Of a DNA stretch of 64,000 nt, positions 40,080 to 50,025 are shown piece after piece. This DNA is from an uncultured Flavobacteriales bacterium (GTDB taxonomy: Bacteria > Bacteroidota > Bacteroidia > Flavobacteriales_D > Sanyastnellaceae). The stretch covers positions 1,078 through 65,077 of the forward strand of contig CBFHQM010000010.1 in assembly GCA_965657965.1 (NCBI GenBank). Reading direction: 5' to 3'. The position numbers and the translations under genes are program-made. Each line of letters starts with the position of its first letter. Position 1 is the first letter of the stretch. The notes beneath the pieces are model-generated. The model saw only the letters and a list, made by a program, of their open reading frames with translations, did no database searches and was not told the DNA's origin.

Positions 40080-42002
40080 ATGAATTTCGGAAAGCAATTT
40101 CTTGCCAGTTTACTTGGCTCTACACTCGCAATGGTCATCGCTGGCTCCTTGCTCATCTTCATCTTCGTCGGCGCCTTGGTCGGTGGGATCTCTTCCGCCT
40201 TTGAGGGCGTGAGTGGCGGCTCAGATATGAACTTTGACCTTGGCGCAGAAATCGAGGAAGGTTCGGTTTTGCACCTCACGTTTGATGCGCCCATGGCGGA
40301 ACGTGGTATGGAATTGCCGTTCACGCTCCAGTTCGGTTCTATGGAGCCCGAAACGCAATTGGGACTCAATCACTTTTTGGCCGACATGGAGCGAGCCGCT
40401 GAAGACGACAAGATTGAGGGCATTTTGATGACAGCGGACATGATCTCTGGTTATCCCTCCATGTTGGGTGAAGTCCGGGACGCTTTGGCCAAATTCAAAG
40501 CCTCGGGCAAGTGGATTGTGGCGTGGAGCGAGATCTATACCCAGGGCGCATACTGGATGTCTACTGTGGCCGACGAAGTTTATCTCCATCCGGAAGGCGG
40601 ATTGGACATGAGTGGCATGGGCATGGAAACCACATTCTATAAGCGGATGTTGGCGGATTTGGGGGTGGAAATGACCGTAGTTCGTGGTCCAGACAATGCG
40701 TACAAAAGTGCCGTAGAACCCTATTTGCGCAATGACCTCTCAGAGGCCAACCGCGAGCAGCTCACGGCCATGCTCGAAGATTTTTGGGGGCGCATGGGTG
40801 GCGACATTGCTGCAGCACGGGGAATGAGCATGGATGTGCTCAACGGGCACGTGAACAGCCTGAGTTTGAGGTTGCCTCAAGACGCTGTATCGTTGGGTTT
40901 CGTGGATGGGTTGATGTATGAGGATGAGTTGCATGCCCACCTTTTGGAGAAAGGTGCCGCAGAAGATGAAGACGAGACAAGCCATGCTTTGCTCTTGGGG
41001 TATGGACAGTATCACAACCCAAATGCTTTTGAAGATTTAATTGAGAACCTCCAAGTAGAGTTGGGTGCAGCTGATGAAAGCAGCGACGAAGACGAGGCGG
41101 ATGACGACACCGCCAATGAAGGAGAGGCCAATTCTGTTGCAGTTGTGTTTGCCGTGGGGGCCATTGAGAGTGGCGCAGGCGATGACGCCACCATCGGCTC
41201 AGAACGCATTGCAGGTGCCTTGCGTGAGGCCAGGCTCGACCCCGAAGTGGGCGCGGTCGTATTGCGGGTCAATTCGCCTGGTGGAAGCGCCTTGGCCAGC
41301 GATGTGATCTGGCGTGAGACGGTCTTGTTAAAGGAGGCGGGTAAGCCCGTGGTGGCCTCGATGAGTGACCTAGCAGCCAGCGGCGGATACTACATCAGCT
41401 GTGCAGCGGACCACATTTTGGCGCAACCCAATACCATTACAGGTAGCATCGGCGTCTTTGGCGTCCTGCCGAGTGCAGGTAAGTTGCTGAAGGAGCGCAT
41501 CGGACTGGATTTTGATGGGGTAAAGCTCCACGACCACGCCAATGCCATTTCTATGCACACGCCCATTTCCGGCGTTGCCTTGGATGCGGTGAATGAATCG
41601 GTCACCCATATTTATGATTCCTTCATTGGCCACGTGGCCGAGGGACGAGGAATGACGGTTGAAGCTGTCGATGAAGTTGCCCGTGGCCGGGTTTGGACCG
41701 GTCAGGATGCGATGGAGATCGGCCTTGTCGACGGCATGGGCAACCTGCAGGACGCCGTGGCGATGGCCGCAGACATGGCGGGTCTAGAGGACTTTGATTT
41801 GATTGAGTACCCAGAGCCGATTGATCCATTCGAGCAGTTCATTTCTGATTTTACCGGCGTGGCTCAAATGTCTGCCATGGCGGAAGCTGCAGGGGTTCCT
41901 GCGGATGCCGTTCAGGCCATGATGGAAGTGGAAGCTTTCGTGAACTTGGAGGCTAAGGACCGCGTTCAAGCGCGCTTGCCCTATCACATCCGCGTTTACT
42001 GA
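40080..42002 (+). CDS. sppA: Signal peptide peptidase SppA, 67K type
   Basis: This 640-aa protein has two ClpP/crotonase-like halves, ...VVLRVNSPGGSALASDVIW... and MSDLAASGGYYISCAAD. Confidence 0.85.
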   Translation: MNFGKQFLASLLGSTLAMVIAGSLLIFIFVGALVGGISSAFEGVSGGSDMNFDLGAEIEEGSVLHLTFDAPMAERGMELPFTLQFGSMEPETQLGLNHFLADMERAAEDDKIEGILMTADMISGYPSMLGEVRDALAKFKASGKWIVAWSEIYTQGAYWMSTVADEVYLHPEGGLDMSGMGMETTFYKRMLADLGVEMTVVRGPDNAYKSAVEPYLRNDLSEANREQLTAMLEDFWGRMGGDIAAARGMSMDVLNGHVNSLSLRLPQDAVSLGFVDGLMYEDELHAHLLEKGAAEDEDETSHALLLGYGQYHNPNAFEDLIENLQVELGAADESSDEDEADDDTANEGEANSVAVVFAVGAIESGAGDDATIGSERIAGALREARLDPEVGAVVLRVNSPGGSALASDVIWRETVLLKEAGKPVVASMSDLAASGGYYISCAADHILAQPNTITGSIGVFGVLPSAGKLLKERIGLDFDGVKLHDHANAISMHTPISGVALDAVNESVTHIYDSFIGHVAEGRGMTVEAVDEVARGRVWTGQDAMEIGLVDGMGNLQDAVAMAADMAGLEDFDLIEYPEPIDPFEQFISDFTGVAQMSAMAEAAGVPADAVQAMMEVEAFVNLEAKDRVQARLPYHIRVY

Positions 42003-42547
42003 TGGCCGAAGGCCACCGCGCGACGGCCATGAAGGATTTGCCACGGTTGTCTGCTCAAGATTTCGTGGCGTCCCAAAAGATGCCCTTGAGGTTTGTACTG
42101 GATCAGATTCGCAGCGCCCAAAATGTGGGCGCTGTTTTTCGTACTGCGGACGCGTTTCGGTTGGACGGTCTTGATCTATGTGGATACACTCCCCGCCCGC
42201 CTCATCGGGACATTCTCAAGACTGCCCTTGGGGCCACCGATCATGTGGCTTGGACTGGCCATGAAGAGACGGTTGAAGCCATCCATGCGTTGCAGTCGGA
42301 GGGGTTTGTGGTGTTGGCCTTGGAGCAAGCCAGTGGGTCCACCGCACTTGAAGACTGGGCGCCCACGTCCGAAGGCCAATGGGCTGTGGTTCTGGGCAAT
42401 GAAGTGCGCGGCTGTTCCGCCGAAGTTTTGGCTGCAGTCGACGGGGTGCTGGAGATTCCGCAATTCGGCGTCAAGCACAGTTTAAACGTATCAGTGGCAG
42501 CGGGCATGGTTTGCTGGCAGGCCTACCGCGCGATGGGACTGTCTTAA
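42002..42547 (+). CDS. TrmH/SpoU family RNA 2'-O-methyltransferase
   Basis: The motifs LDQIRSAQNVGAVFRTADAF, VVLGNEVRGCS and IPQFGVKHSLNVSVAAGMV are SpoU motifs 1-3. The ATG overlaps the sppA stop. Confidence 0.8.
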   Translation: MAEGHRATAMKDLPRLSAQDFVASQKMPLRFVLDQIRSAQNVGAVFRTADAFRLDGLDLCGYTPRPPHRDILKTALGATDHVAWTGHEETVEAIHALQSEGFVVLALEQASGSTALEDWAPTSEGQWAVVLGNEVRGCSAEVLAAVDGVLEIPQFGVKHSLNVSVAAGMVCWQAYRAMGLS

Positions 42548-42591
42548 CCTCAACGTGCAAACTTGTGCGCTGTATGGATGTGGCGCGAATG

Positions 42592-42629
42592 AAAAAGCCC
42601 CGGTTGCATTGGCAACCGGGGCTTTTTTT
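42592..42629. terminator. Bidirectional intrinsic terminator between convergent genes
   Basis: An A5 run precedes a perfect 12-bp stem, agccccggttgc (42596-42607) / gcaaccggggct (42612-42623), with loop attg, followed by a T7 run. Confidence 0.75.
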
Positions 42630-42647
42630 GAATGGGATGATTTGCAC

Positions 42648-44351
42648 TCAGTCCAAGTCACGGAACTCAAGGTCAGCACTGGCTTTTGCAGCAAGACCGG
42701 CGTCTTTCTGAACGGCCATGTCTCTGTGCTCCTTGGCTTCGGTACTGTTGCCGAGGCGGGCATTGGCAATGGCCAAGATGTAATGGCCGACTGCCGACTC
42801 GTCTTTGGCGTTGTTGAGAATGGTCTTGGCGCCGTTGGCGTCTCCATTCAGCAATTTGGCCAAAGCGGCATTGGCGGTGTTTTCTCCAGAGAAGTTGGAC
42901 ACGGCTTGGCTGTAGTTGCCTTCTTGGATGGCCAAGATGCCTTTGTTGTACTTCACTGCATCACCAGCGCCACTGGCACTGCTCAGGAGACGCTTGGCAT
43001 CTGAGAGGTTGCCTTTCATCCGCGCAACAGCGCCGAGGTTGTTGTTGATGATGGGGCTGTCTCCACGCTCGTCGGCCGCCATAAAGCGGTCTGCAGCCTG
43101 ATTCAGCTTGCCCATTTCCATGAGGCAAACGCCTTCGTTGTTGGGGCCACGCCAGTCGCCAGCATGCACGCGGCTAGTGGAAGCGTACACGTTGAGCTTG
43201 TCCTCGTTGCTTTCAAACAAAGTCGCGGCGTATAGAGACTCTTCCACCGTTAAGGTGTCGGGGTTGCTCATGGCCAATGCCATCAACTCCTCGTCGCTGT
43301 ATCCCTCGATGTCGTAACGAAGGGTGATCATGGAGCGACGCAACGCTGGGAGAATCTCTTTTTCGATTTCCGTGTACGTCTTGGCGATGTTCTTGATCTC
43401 TTCCTCACGGCGGTTCTTGTCGCTGTACATGGACAGGACGCGCAGGATGAGGTCTTTGTCCTCAATGCTCGAAGCCCGCATCAAAGATTGGAATCCGTCC
43501 CAGTCTTCTCCTTTTGGATTGTTTCCGAAGAATCCCTCCTCTGTGCTGATTTTGGCTCGCTTGAGCAATTTGGCCACTGCGGCATTCGCACTCTCAGCGC
43601 GCTCCATGGCCAGGTCCTCGTTCAACGAGATTTCACCTTCTGGCGAAGCGTAAGCACTTACGGTTGTGCCCTTGAGCATGACGCTGTCGTGGGCTGCGGC
43701 AAAACTGAAGAACGACTTCATGGCCGTCATGTCGTCGTCGCGCAGCTCAGCTGAACGGACGTTTGAACGGTTGTAGTCGTAGTGAATCTCTGCTTCTTCT
43801 GTGTAAGAGACCACCCGTTGGAATTGGTCTGCCCCCATCACAAAACGGTCGTCGGAACGCACCCAGTTTGGCGTAGTGATCACACCGTCTCCAAGCACCA
43901 CAGGCGTGAAGTCCATGGTCTTGCTGCCCATGGAGCCGCTGATGCGCAACTCGAGACGTGCCCCATCTTCCATGCCTTCTTGAAAAGCCACTTCTCCAGA
44001 GTAGTCGAAAGACTTGCCTGTTTTGAACGGCACCATGGTGTAGTTGCCTGCGGCATCCTCACCTTGGAACCCTGCGGTTTCAAAGGCGGCCTCTCCACCT
44101 TCCCATACGAGAACAGGAGTGGCTTCAATGATGGCCTTCTTGGCAAAGTACTTCTCGGGGAAGGTGCCGGTTAGGGACAATTCGACTTGACCACCTTGGA
44201 CGATAAGGGGTTCAGGGGTCATTTTGAGGTTGAGCTCCTCGATGGCCTTGTCCATTTTTCCGAGACCACCACAACCGGGCAGCGTGAGGAACAAAAAGAA
44301 GGCGGGGAGCAGGAGCGCCATTGGCTGGCGGACGATGTACTGCATGTTCAT
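42648..44351 (-). CDS. TPR-repeat lipoprotein of unknown function
   Basis: The lipobox is LTLPGCGG. The C-terminal third has TPR-like repeats (NNLGAVARMKGNLSDAKRLL..., YNKGILAIQEGNYSQAV..., HYILAIANARLGNSTEAKEH). I cannot make a precise family call. Confidence 0.6.
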   Translation of the reverse strand: MNMQYIVRQPMALLLPAFFLFLTLPGCGGLGKMDKAIEELNLKMTPEPLIVQGGQVELSLTGTFPEKYFAKKAIIEATPVLVWEGGEAAFETAGFQGEDAAGNYTMVPFKTGKSFDYSGEVAFQEGMEDGARLELRISGSMGSKTMDFTPVVLGDGVITTPNWVRSDDRFVMGADQFQRVVSYTEEAEIHYDYNRSNVRSAELRDDDMTAMKSFFSFAAAHDSVMLKGTTVSAYASPEGEISLNEDLAMERAESANAAVAKLLKRAKISTEEGFFGNNPKGEDWDGFQSLMRASSIEDKDLILRVLSMYSDKNRREEEIKNIAKTYTEIEKEILPALRRSMITLRYDIEGYSDEELMALAMSNPDTLTVEESLYAATLFESNEDKLNVYASTSRVHAGDWRGPNNEGVCLMEMGKLNQAADRFMAADERGDSPIINNNLGAVARMKGNLSDAKRLLSSASGAGDAVKYNKGILAIQEGNYSQAVSNFSGENTANAALAKLLNGDANGAKTILNNAKDESAVGHYILAIANARLGNSTEAKEHRDMAVQKDAGLAAKASADLEFRDLD

Positions 44352-44394
44352 GAATCGTGATTCGCGGGCAAAGCTAAGAAGTCAAGCACGTCTA

Positions 44395-45348
44395 TCATGC
44401 TTGAACAACGCCCATTGAGGAGAACTTTCGAATTCTTGCATCAATGCGCTTGTCTGGGTTCATCACCCGGAGTTTGCGCAAGTGCTTCAGAATTTCATTT
44501 TTAACGTTAGCAAAGGCGGTGTCCCGGTCGATGTGCGCGCCGCCCAGGGGCTCGGGAATGATGCCGTCGATGAGCTTGTTGCCCATCATGTCTTCCGCGG
44601 TCAGCTTGAGGGCTTCAGCGGCTTCAATTTTGTGGTCCCAGGAGCGCCAAAGGATGCTGGAGCAGGATTCAGGAGAAATCACGGAATACCAAGTGTGTTC
44701 CATCATCAACACACGGTCTCCAATGCCAATGCCCAACGCCCCGCCGGAGGCGCCTTCACCGATGACCACGCAGATCACGGGAACGCGAAGCTGCATCATT
44801 TCTAGGATGTTGCGCGCAATGGCTTCTCCTTGGCCGCGCTCTTCGGCTTCCAAGCCGGGATAGGCGCCCGGGGTGTCGATCAGGCAAACAACGGGGCGGT
44901 TGAATTTTTCGGCCAGCTTCATCAGGCGAAGCGCCTTGCGGTAACCTTCCGGGTTGGCCATGCCGAAGTTGCGATACTGACGCAACTTGGTGTTGGCTCC
45001 CTTTTGCTGGCCCACAAACATCACGGGTAGATCGTCGATCATGCCGAGGCCACCCACCATGGCTTTGTCGTCCTTGCAATTCCGGTCGCCGTGCATCTCA
45101 AGGAACCGACCTTCGGTCAGCGCATGGATGTGGTCGAGGGTGTAGGGACGGTCTGGGTGCCGGGAGACCTGAACCCTCTGCCAGGGGGTCAAGTTGGCGT
45201 AAATTTCTTGTCGGACCTCGGCCATCTTCTGTTCGAGATCGGTCAACGTGCTCTGCATGTCGACCTGGCCTTGGCCGTCGATGTCCTGCGCCTGGTCAAG
45301 TTGCTCTTGAAGCAAACGGATGGGCTCTTCGAAATCGAGGTAATTCAT
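44395..45348 (-). CDS. accA: Acetyl-CoA carboxylase carboxyltransferase subunit alpha
   Basis: [17 protein letters not shown]...[10 protein letters not shown]...[22 protein letters not shown] is AccA. An alternative upstream ATG exists at 45372. Confidence 0.9.
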   Translation of the reverse strand: MNYLDFEEPIRLLQEQLDQAQDIDGQGQVDMQSTLTDLEQKMAEVRQEIYANLTPWQRVQVSRHPDRPYTLDHIHALTEGRFLEMHGDRNCKDDKAMVGGLGMIDDLPVMFVGQQKGANTKLRQYRNFGMANPEGYRKALRLMKLAEKFNRPVVCLIDTPGAYPGLEAEERGQGEAIARNILEMMQLRVPVICVVIGEGASGGALGIGIGDRVLMMEHTWYSVISPESCSSILWRSWDHKIEAAEALKLTAEDMMGNKLIDGIIPEPLGGAHIDRDTAFANVKNEILKHLRKLRVMNPDKRIDARIRKFSSMGVVQA

Positions 45349-45409
45349 GGGCGTTCCACTTTCCGCGTTCACGGAATGCTACGCAAACCTACTGCGACAA
45401 CCGTAGATT

Positions 45410-46024
45410 TCAACCGGGTTTTACCTCGGTTTGTCCACCCCTGTCTTTGAGTTTTTTGACCATGGCCCTGACCGCGCGACCGCGATGGCTAATGCTGTTC
45501 TTCTCCTGACCAGACATTTCGGCAAAAGTTCGGGAGGTTTGTCCCTCTGGAATAAAGATGGGGTCGTATCCGAAACCCTCGGAACCACTGCGCTTCTCTG
45601 CAATGACTCCCGTGCAGACACCATTGAAAGTCAAGGTGCCAGAGGGAGTGGTGAGGGCCATGACCGTGCGGAATTGGGCGGCGCGGTTGGCCTGCCCTTT
45701 CAATGCGGAAATCAGCTTGGCCATGTTGGCATTCGCGTCTTTTTCTTCTCCCGCATACCGGGCGGTGTGCACTCCTGGTTGTCCATGAAGGGCTTCCACT
45801 TCCAATCCGGTGTCGTCGGCAAAGCAATGCACGCCATAATTCGAGAGCACATACTCGGCTTTTTGAATGGCATTGCCTGCGATGGTGGGGGCCGTTTCGG
45901 GGATGTCTTCGTGACAGCCCACTTCGTCGAGGCCAACAATGTCGAAGAGGCCGTGCAGGAGCGACGCAATTTCCGAGACTTTATTCGGGTTCCGGGTCGC
46001 AAAAACCAATTTGGGAAGGGACAT
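45410..46024 (-). CDS. rdgB: Non-canonical purine NTP pyrophosphatase (RdgB/HAM1)
   Basis: LVFATRNPNKVSEI...ETAPTIAGNAIQKA...FADDTGLEVEAL.G.PGVHTARYAG...GFGYDPIF is the family pattern. Confidence 0.88.
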   Translation of the reverse strand: MSLPKLVFATRNPNKVSEIASLLHGLFDIVGLDEVGCHEDIPETAPTIAGNAIQKAEYVLSNYGVHCFADDTGLEVEALHGQPGVHTARYAGEEKDANANMAKLISALKGQANRAAQFRTVMALTTPSGTLTFNGVCTGVIAEKRSGSEGFGYDPIFIPEGQTSRTFAEMSGQEKNSISHRGRAVRAMVKKLKDRGGQTEVKPG

Positions 46025-46045
46025 GGGGCAAAGGTCGGTTGAGAA

Positions 46046-47119
46046 TCAACGGCGCACCACTTTGCCTGTGGCGGTTTCTTCCATTTGGCTCACCCACTCG
46101 ATGCGCCGTGGCCGCTCGGGGCCTGAACACGTTGTGCGCAGTTGATCCAAAATGTTTTGTTCTAGGGTCGGGTCTTTCTTTGGGTCTCCTTCGATGACCA
46201 GGCAGACTTCTTGGCCCGTTTGGGGGTGGGGGCGTCCAATCAGATGCCAGCGTTGATTCGGGAGCAGGGGGGTCAGGGCGTTGGACAAGGTGCGTTCCAG
46301 TTCGGCTGGATGAACTTTGACACCACCGGTGTTGATGACATCGTCCAATCGTCCCCGCCATTCGAACCCGGTTGTGAGTCCGTCGGGGTGTGGGGCCACT
46401 GCATCGCGTGTGACCAACTTGTGCACCCCGCGGTCCGGGGCGTCGATCTGGAGGGCGCCATCGGGGGTGATGTCCAAGGTGACACCCCGCAACGGTCTGT
46501 AGGTTACATCGCCCAGAGGGCGCGTGGCAACATGGGTGAGGGTTTCGGTCATGCCAAAGCCGTGGTGAATGTCGCAGCCGCTGTCTTGGGCACCGCGGAT
46601 TAGGTCAACTTCGAGTGACGGGGAAACCGGAGCACCGCCGAGCAACAGGAGCGCAAGCCGAGACAGGCCACCATTTCGCAACAAGGCGTGGGCCTGTTGT
46701 GGGGTGGCCACTGCAAAGTCGTAGCGCGCCTTTCCGTTTTCGAGTGCAGGCACTTCGGGGGAAGCGGAGGGCTTGGTTTGGGTCAAGTGCCATCCCAAAA
46801 TGCGGGCGCGCCACCACATCATGCGCCCACCTACACCCGTACATGGGAGAGACGACCAAGCAGACAACGGGGAGCCGTCTTGAGTGCTTTGCGCCAATTG
46901 AAAGTGAGAAGCCGTGGCTTTGGCCGAGGCGCGAACCCAATCGCTTTCGAAGGGCTGTGTTTTCGAAGGGCCCGTGCTTCCCGAGGATTTGGCGCAAGCT
47001 TGGCCTTGCTCCCAGTGTTGATCGAGCTCCAAAAAAGGCGCCATCCAATCCGGTGCGCCATTGGAACGGACGGCATCGTCGCCGCTTTGTCCCGGCAAAA
47101 GGCGCCAGGAGGTGGTCAT
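46046..47119 (-). CDS. menE: O-succinylbenzoate--CoA ligase-like AMP-binding enzyme (short form)
   Basis: The AMP-binding motifs SSGSTGPSK, GFGMTETL and INTGGVKVHPAELE are present. ATG 47119 overlaps the menC stop (ATGA). The upstream 90 codons of the track ORF are a frame-overlap artefact. Confidence 0.75.
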   Translation of the reverse strand: MTTSWRLLPGQSGDDAVRSNGAPDWMAPFLELDQHWEQGQACAKSSGSTGPSKTQPFESDWVRASAKATASHFQLAQSTQDGSPLSAWSSLPCTGVGGRMMWWRARILGWHLTQTKPSASPEVPALENGKARYDFAVATPQQAHALLRNGGLSRLALLLLGGAPVSPSLEVDLIRGAQDSGCDIHHGFGMTETLTHVATRPLGDVTYRPLRGVTLDITPDGALQIDAPDRGVHKLVTRDAVAPHPDGLTTGFEWRGRLDDVINTGGVKVHPAELERTLSNALTPLLPNQRWHLIGRPHPQTGQEVCLVIEGDPKKDPTLEQNILDQLRTTCSGPERPRRIEWVSQMEETATGKVVRR

Positions 47120-48210
47120 GTCAAAATTTCCGTCAAGTCCCATGCTGGATGGACACCAGTAGGGGTGGGTTCCACCGCGTCCATTCGAATGGTCCCTCCA
47201 TCTACGATCAGCGGAGAGGGAATGTTGTTGGTGAACAAGCTGCCTGTTCCCAGCCCTTGTGGCATGGGCTTTTTCTCCTCTGCAATGGCATCTGCGGCCC
47301 ATTGAGAAATGGCATTGAGGCCGATGTTGCTTTCGAGTGCACTGGTGGCCCACCACTTGGCGTCGACTTCTCCAGCCAAGTCCATCCAATGGTTGGCTTC
47401 AACGAATCCGCCGAGAAGGCTGGGCTTTAGGATGACGTAGTCGGGCTGAACGATGTGCAGCATGTTCCTCCGCAACGTGGTGTCGCTAATGCCAATGAGC
47501 TCCTCGTCCAACGCGATTGGAATGGCCGAGTCCTTGCAAATGGCGGCCATCTTTTTCCATTGGCCGGCCCGAATGGGTTGCTCCATGCTGTGGATGTCGA
47601 ACGCCGAAAGGCGCTCGAGTTTCTTCAGCGTGACGGTAGGGTCTTCGTCGTCGAGTCCACCATTGGCGTCCAACCGGAGCGTGATGCGGTCGGCTGGGGC
47701 CAAGCTTCGAATGGCGGCAATGCATGCGCACTCTTGTTCAAAGTCCAATGCGCCCACTTTCATTTTGAGCGTATCAAAACCGCGCTCGAGCAAACGGGTC
47801 GCTTGAGACACCATGTCTTCCGCGTCGCCCATCCAAATCAGGCCGTTGATTGGAGCGGGGTTTCCCTCGGTAAAGGGGCCGGGAAAAAGGGTGCGCGTTC
47901 CCTCGTTGAGCAAGTCGATGAGGGCAGTCTCCGCAGCAAACTTCACCGCAGGGTATTGCAAACTCATGGCTTTGGGGTCGAGTGACCCCGACGCAGCGAG
48001 CCGTTTCAACTCCATCTTGGCACGGGGTGCGCTTTCGGGAGACAGTCCGGGAATCAGGCTGCATTCTCCAATGCCCACGCGACCATCTTCTTCGAGGTCT
48101 CGCGCAATGATGTAAAAGCTCGGCTTGTCGGTGAGGGTGCCCCGCGAGGTCCCCGCCGGTGTTTTGAATTGGAGCGAGCGAGCTACGATGCGAATGTCTA
48201 GGCCTTTCAT
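47116..48210 (-). CDS. menC: o-Succinylbenzoate synthase (enolase superfamily)
   Basis: MKGLDIRIVARSLQFKTPAGTSRGTLTDKPSFYII...GIGECSLIPGLS...LKMKVG...LRLDANG...MEQP is an enolase-superfamily pattern. ATG 48210 overlaps the menA stop (ATGA). Confidence 0.8.
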   Translation of the reverse strand: MKGLDIRIVARSLQFKTPAGTSRGTLTDKPSFYIIARDLEEDGRVGIGECSLIPGLSPESAPRAKMELKRLAASGSLDPKAMSLQYPAVKFAAETALIDLLNEGTRTLFPGPFTEGNPAPINGLIWMGDAEDMVSQATRLLERGFDTLKMKVGALDFEQECACIAAIRSLAPADRITLRLDANGGLDDEDPTVTLKKLERLSAFDIHSMEQPIRAGQWKKMAAICKDSAIPIALDEELIGISDTTLRRNMLHIVQPDYVILKPSLLGGFVEANHWMDLAGEVDAKWWATSALESNIGLNAISQWAADAIAEEKKPMPQGLGTGSLFTNNIPSPLIVDGGTIRMDAVEPTPTGVHPAWDLTEILT

Positions 48211-49118
48211 GTGATGCCACTGAGAAAGAGGAAAAGGGCCACCGAAAAGGTGCTCAATGCGATTTTTTTGAGTTCGCCATCGAGCGCGGCGGGTTCCTTT
48301 GTGCGGAAGACAAAGCTGAGGTGCTTTGCATGGACAAGAGCGAACAACCCGTACCAAAGTTGACCGTGCCACGGGCCTGAAGGATCGACTTGCCAAAAGG
48401 CCAACAGGGCGAGCCAACCTCCGATGAGCAATGCGGCGTGGTAACGCTTGGCGGTTTCGAAACCCATGCGGACTACAAGGGTGTGCTTGCCGGTCGCTGC
48501 ATCTGACACGTGATCTCGGAGGTTGTTGAGGTTGAGGACAGCCACACTGAACAACCCGATGGTCAATGCTGGAAGGGTCCACCTCCAGTCGAATTGACCT
48601 GAAATCAGTGCCGCAGTTCCCACGACGCCGGCGATGCCGAAAAACAACAGCACGCTGATGTCGCCAAGGCCACTGTAGCCGTATGGTTTTTTTCCTGCGG
48701 TGTAGGCATAGGCCCCAGCGATCGCGACAATGCCGACCAGAACCCATTGAAGTAGCAACCTCCAAGCGTCACCCACGGCCAGGATGACTGTGCACAACCC
48801 GCAAGCAAAGGCCAACCCCGCAGTCAAGAAGACGGCCCTGCGCATTTGAGACACGGCAATGCGACCAGAGGCAACGGCTCTGTCTTGGCGCTCTTGGCCT
48901 TGCCGAACATCGGCGCCATTCTCAAAGTCTCCCAAATCGTTGGCGAAATTGGCCAGGATTTGCAGCAGGATGACCGTCAGAAGACAGCCGCCAAAGAGCA
49001 GGGTAAGCCTGTCCGGTGGCGTGTTTACTGCCGCGGCCAAACCGCCCCCCGTCAGGACACATGCACTGGCCAGAGGAAGGGTCCTCAGTCGTGCGGCTTG
49101 AATGAAGTCTTGAATCAT
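48207..49118 (-). CDS. menA: 1,4-dihydroxy-2-naphthoate polyprenyltransferase
   Basis: MIQDFIQAARLRTLPLASACVLTG...NDLGDFENGAD...NNLRDHVSDAATGKHTLVV shows the UbiA-family Asp-rich motifs. The start is ATG 49118. Confidence 0.85.
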   Translation of the reverse strand: MIQDFIQAARLRTLPLASACVLTGGGLAAAVNTPPDRLTLLFGGCLLTVILLQILANFANDLGDFENGADVRQGQERQDRAVASGRIAVSQMRRAVFLTAGLAFACGLCTVILAVGDAWRLLLQWVLVGIVAIAGAYAYTAGKKPYGYSGLGDISVLLFFGIAGVVGTAALISGQFDWRWTLPALTIGLFSVAVLNLNNLRDHVSDAATGKHTLVVRMGFETAKRYHAALLIGGWLALLAFWQVDPSGPWHGQLWYGLFALVHAKHLSFVFRTKEPAALDGELKKIALSTFSVALFLFLSGIT

Positions 49119-49123
49119 GTTCC

Positions 49124-49948
49124 TCAGGGGAACTTCGGGTATTGCTGGAAATCGGGGTCGCGCTTTTCGAGAAAGGCGTTCTTTCCCTCTTGGGCCTCCT
49201 CCATCAAATAATACATCAATGTGGCGTCCCCTGCGAACTCCATGAGTCCCGATTGTCCGTCCAACTCCGCATTGAGGCCACGCTTGATCATGCGGATGGC
49301 CAATGGTGAGCGCTTCATGATGGTTTTGCACCACTTCACATACGTTTCTTCCAGCTTTTCCAAGGGCACAACCGTGTTGATCAATCCCATGGATTCCGCT
49401 TCCGCTGCGGAATACTGCTCGCAGAGAAACCAGATTTCACGGGCTTTCTTTTGACCCACGTGCCGGGCGAGGTAACTCGATCCAAAGCCGGCGTCGAAAC
49501 TGCCCACCTTGGGCCCAGTCTGTCCAAAGATGGCGTTTTCGGAAGCAATGGTGAGGTCGCAGACCACGTGCAGCACGTGACCACCACCAATGGCGTAACC
49601 GTTCACTGCGGCAATCACAGGCTTGGGCAGAGACCGGATTTTTTTGTGCAGGTCGAGGACGTTCAATCGAGGAACCCCATCGTTGCCCACGTAGCCGCCT
49701 GTGCCCTTCACATTTTGATCGCCACCGCTACAAAAGGCCTTATCTCCGGCCCCTGTGAGGACCACAACACCAATGTCTGTGCGCTCTCTTGCGATGTCCA
49801 TCGCTTCGAGCATTTCAATGTTGGTTTCTGGGCGGAAGGCATTGTAGACCGATTGGCGGTCGATGGTAATGCGTGCAATGCCTTCGAACCATTCAAATCG
49901 AATGTCTTCAAAGGCTTTGATTTCCTGCCATTGGCGTGTTTGACTCAT
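49124..49948 (-). CDS. menB: 1,4-dihydroxy-2-naphthoyl-CoA synthase
   Basis: [25 protein letters not shown]...[18 protein letters not shown]...[23 protein letters not shown]...[15 protein letters not shown] is canonical MenB. Confidence 0.92.
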   Translation of the reverse strand: MSQTRQWQEIKAFEDIRFEWFEGIARITIDRQSVYNAFRPETNIEMLEAMDIARERTDIGVVVLTGAGDKAFCSGGDQNVKGTGGYVGNDGVPRLNVLDLHKKIRSLPKPVIAAVNGYAIGGGHVLHVVCDLTIASENAIFGQTGPKVGSFDAGFGSSYLARHVGQKKAREIWFLCEQYSAAEAESMGLINTVVPLEKLEETYVKWCKTIMKRSPLAIRMIKRGLNAELDGQSGLMEFAGDATLMYYLMEEAQEGKNAFLEKRDPDFQQYPKFP

Positions 49949-50025
49949 GGGGCTTAGGGTGTGCAATTCAAACAAACAGAAGGCCTCCGGGTTCTCCCGA
50001 TTTCCCAACTTGTTTGGCCGCGAAT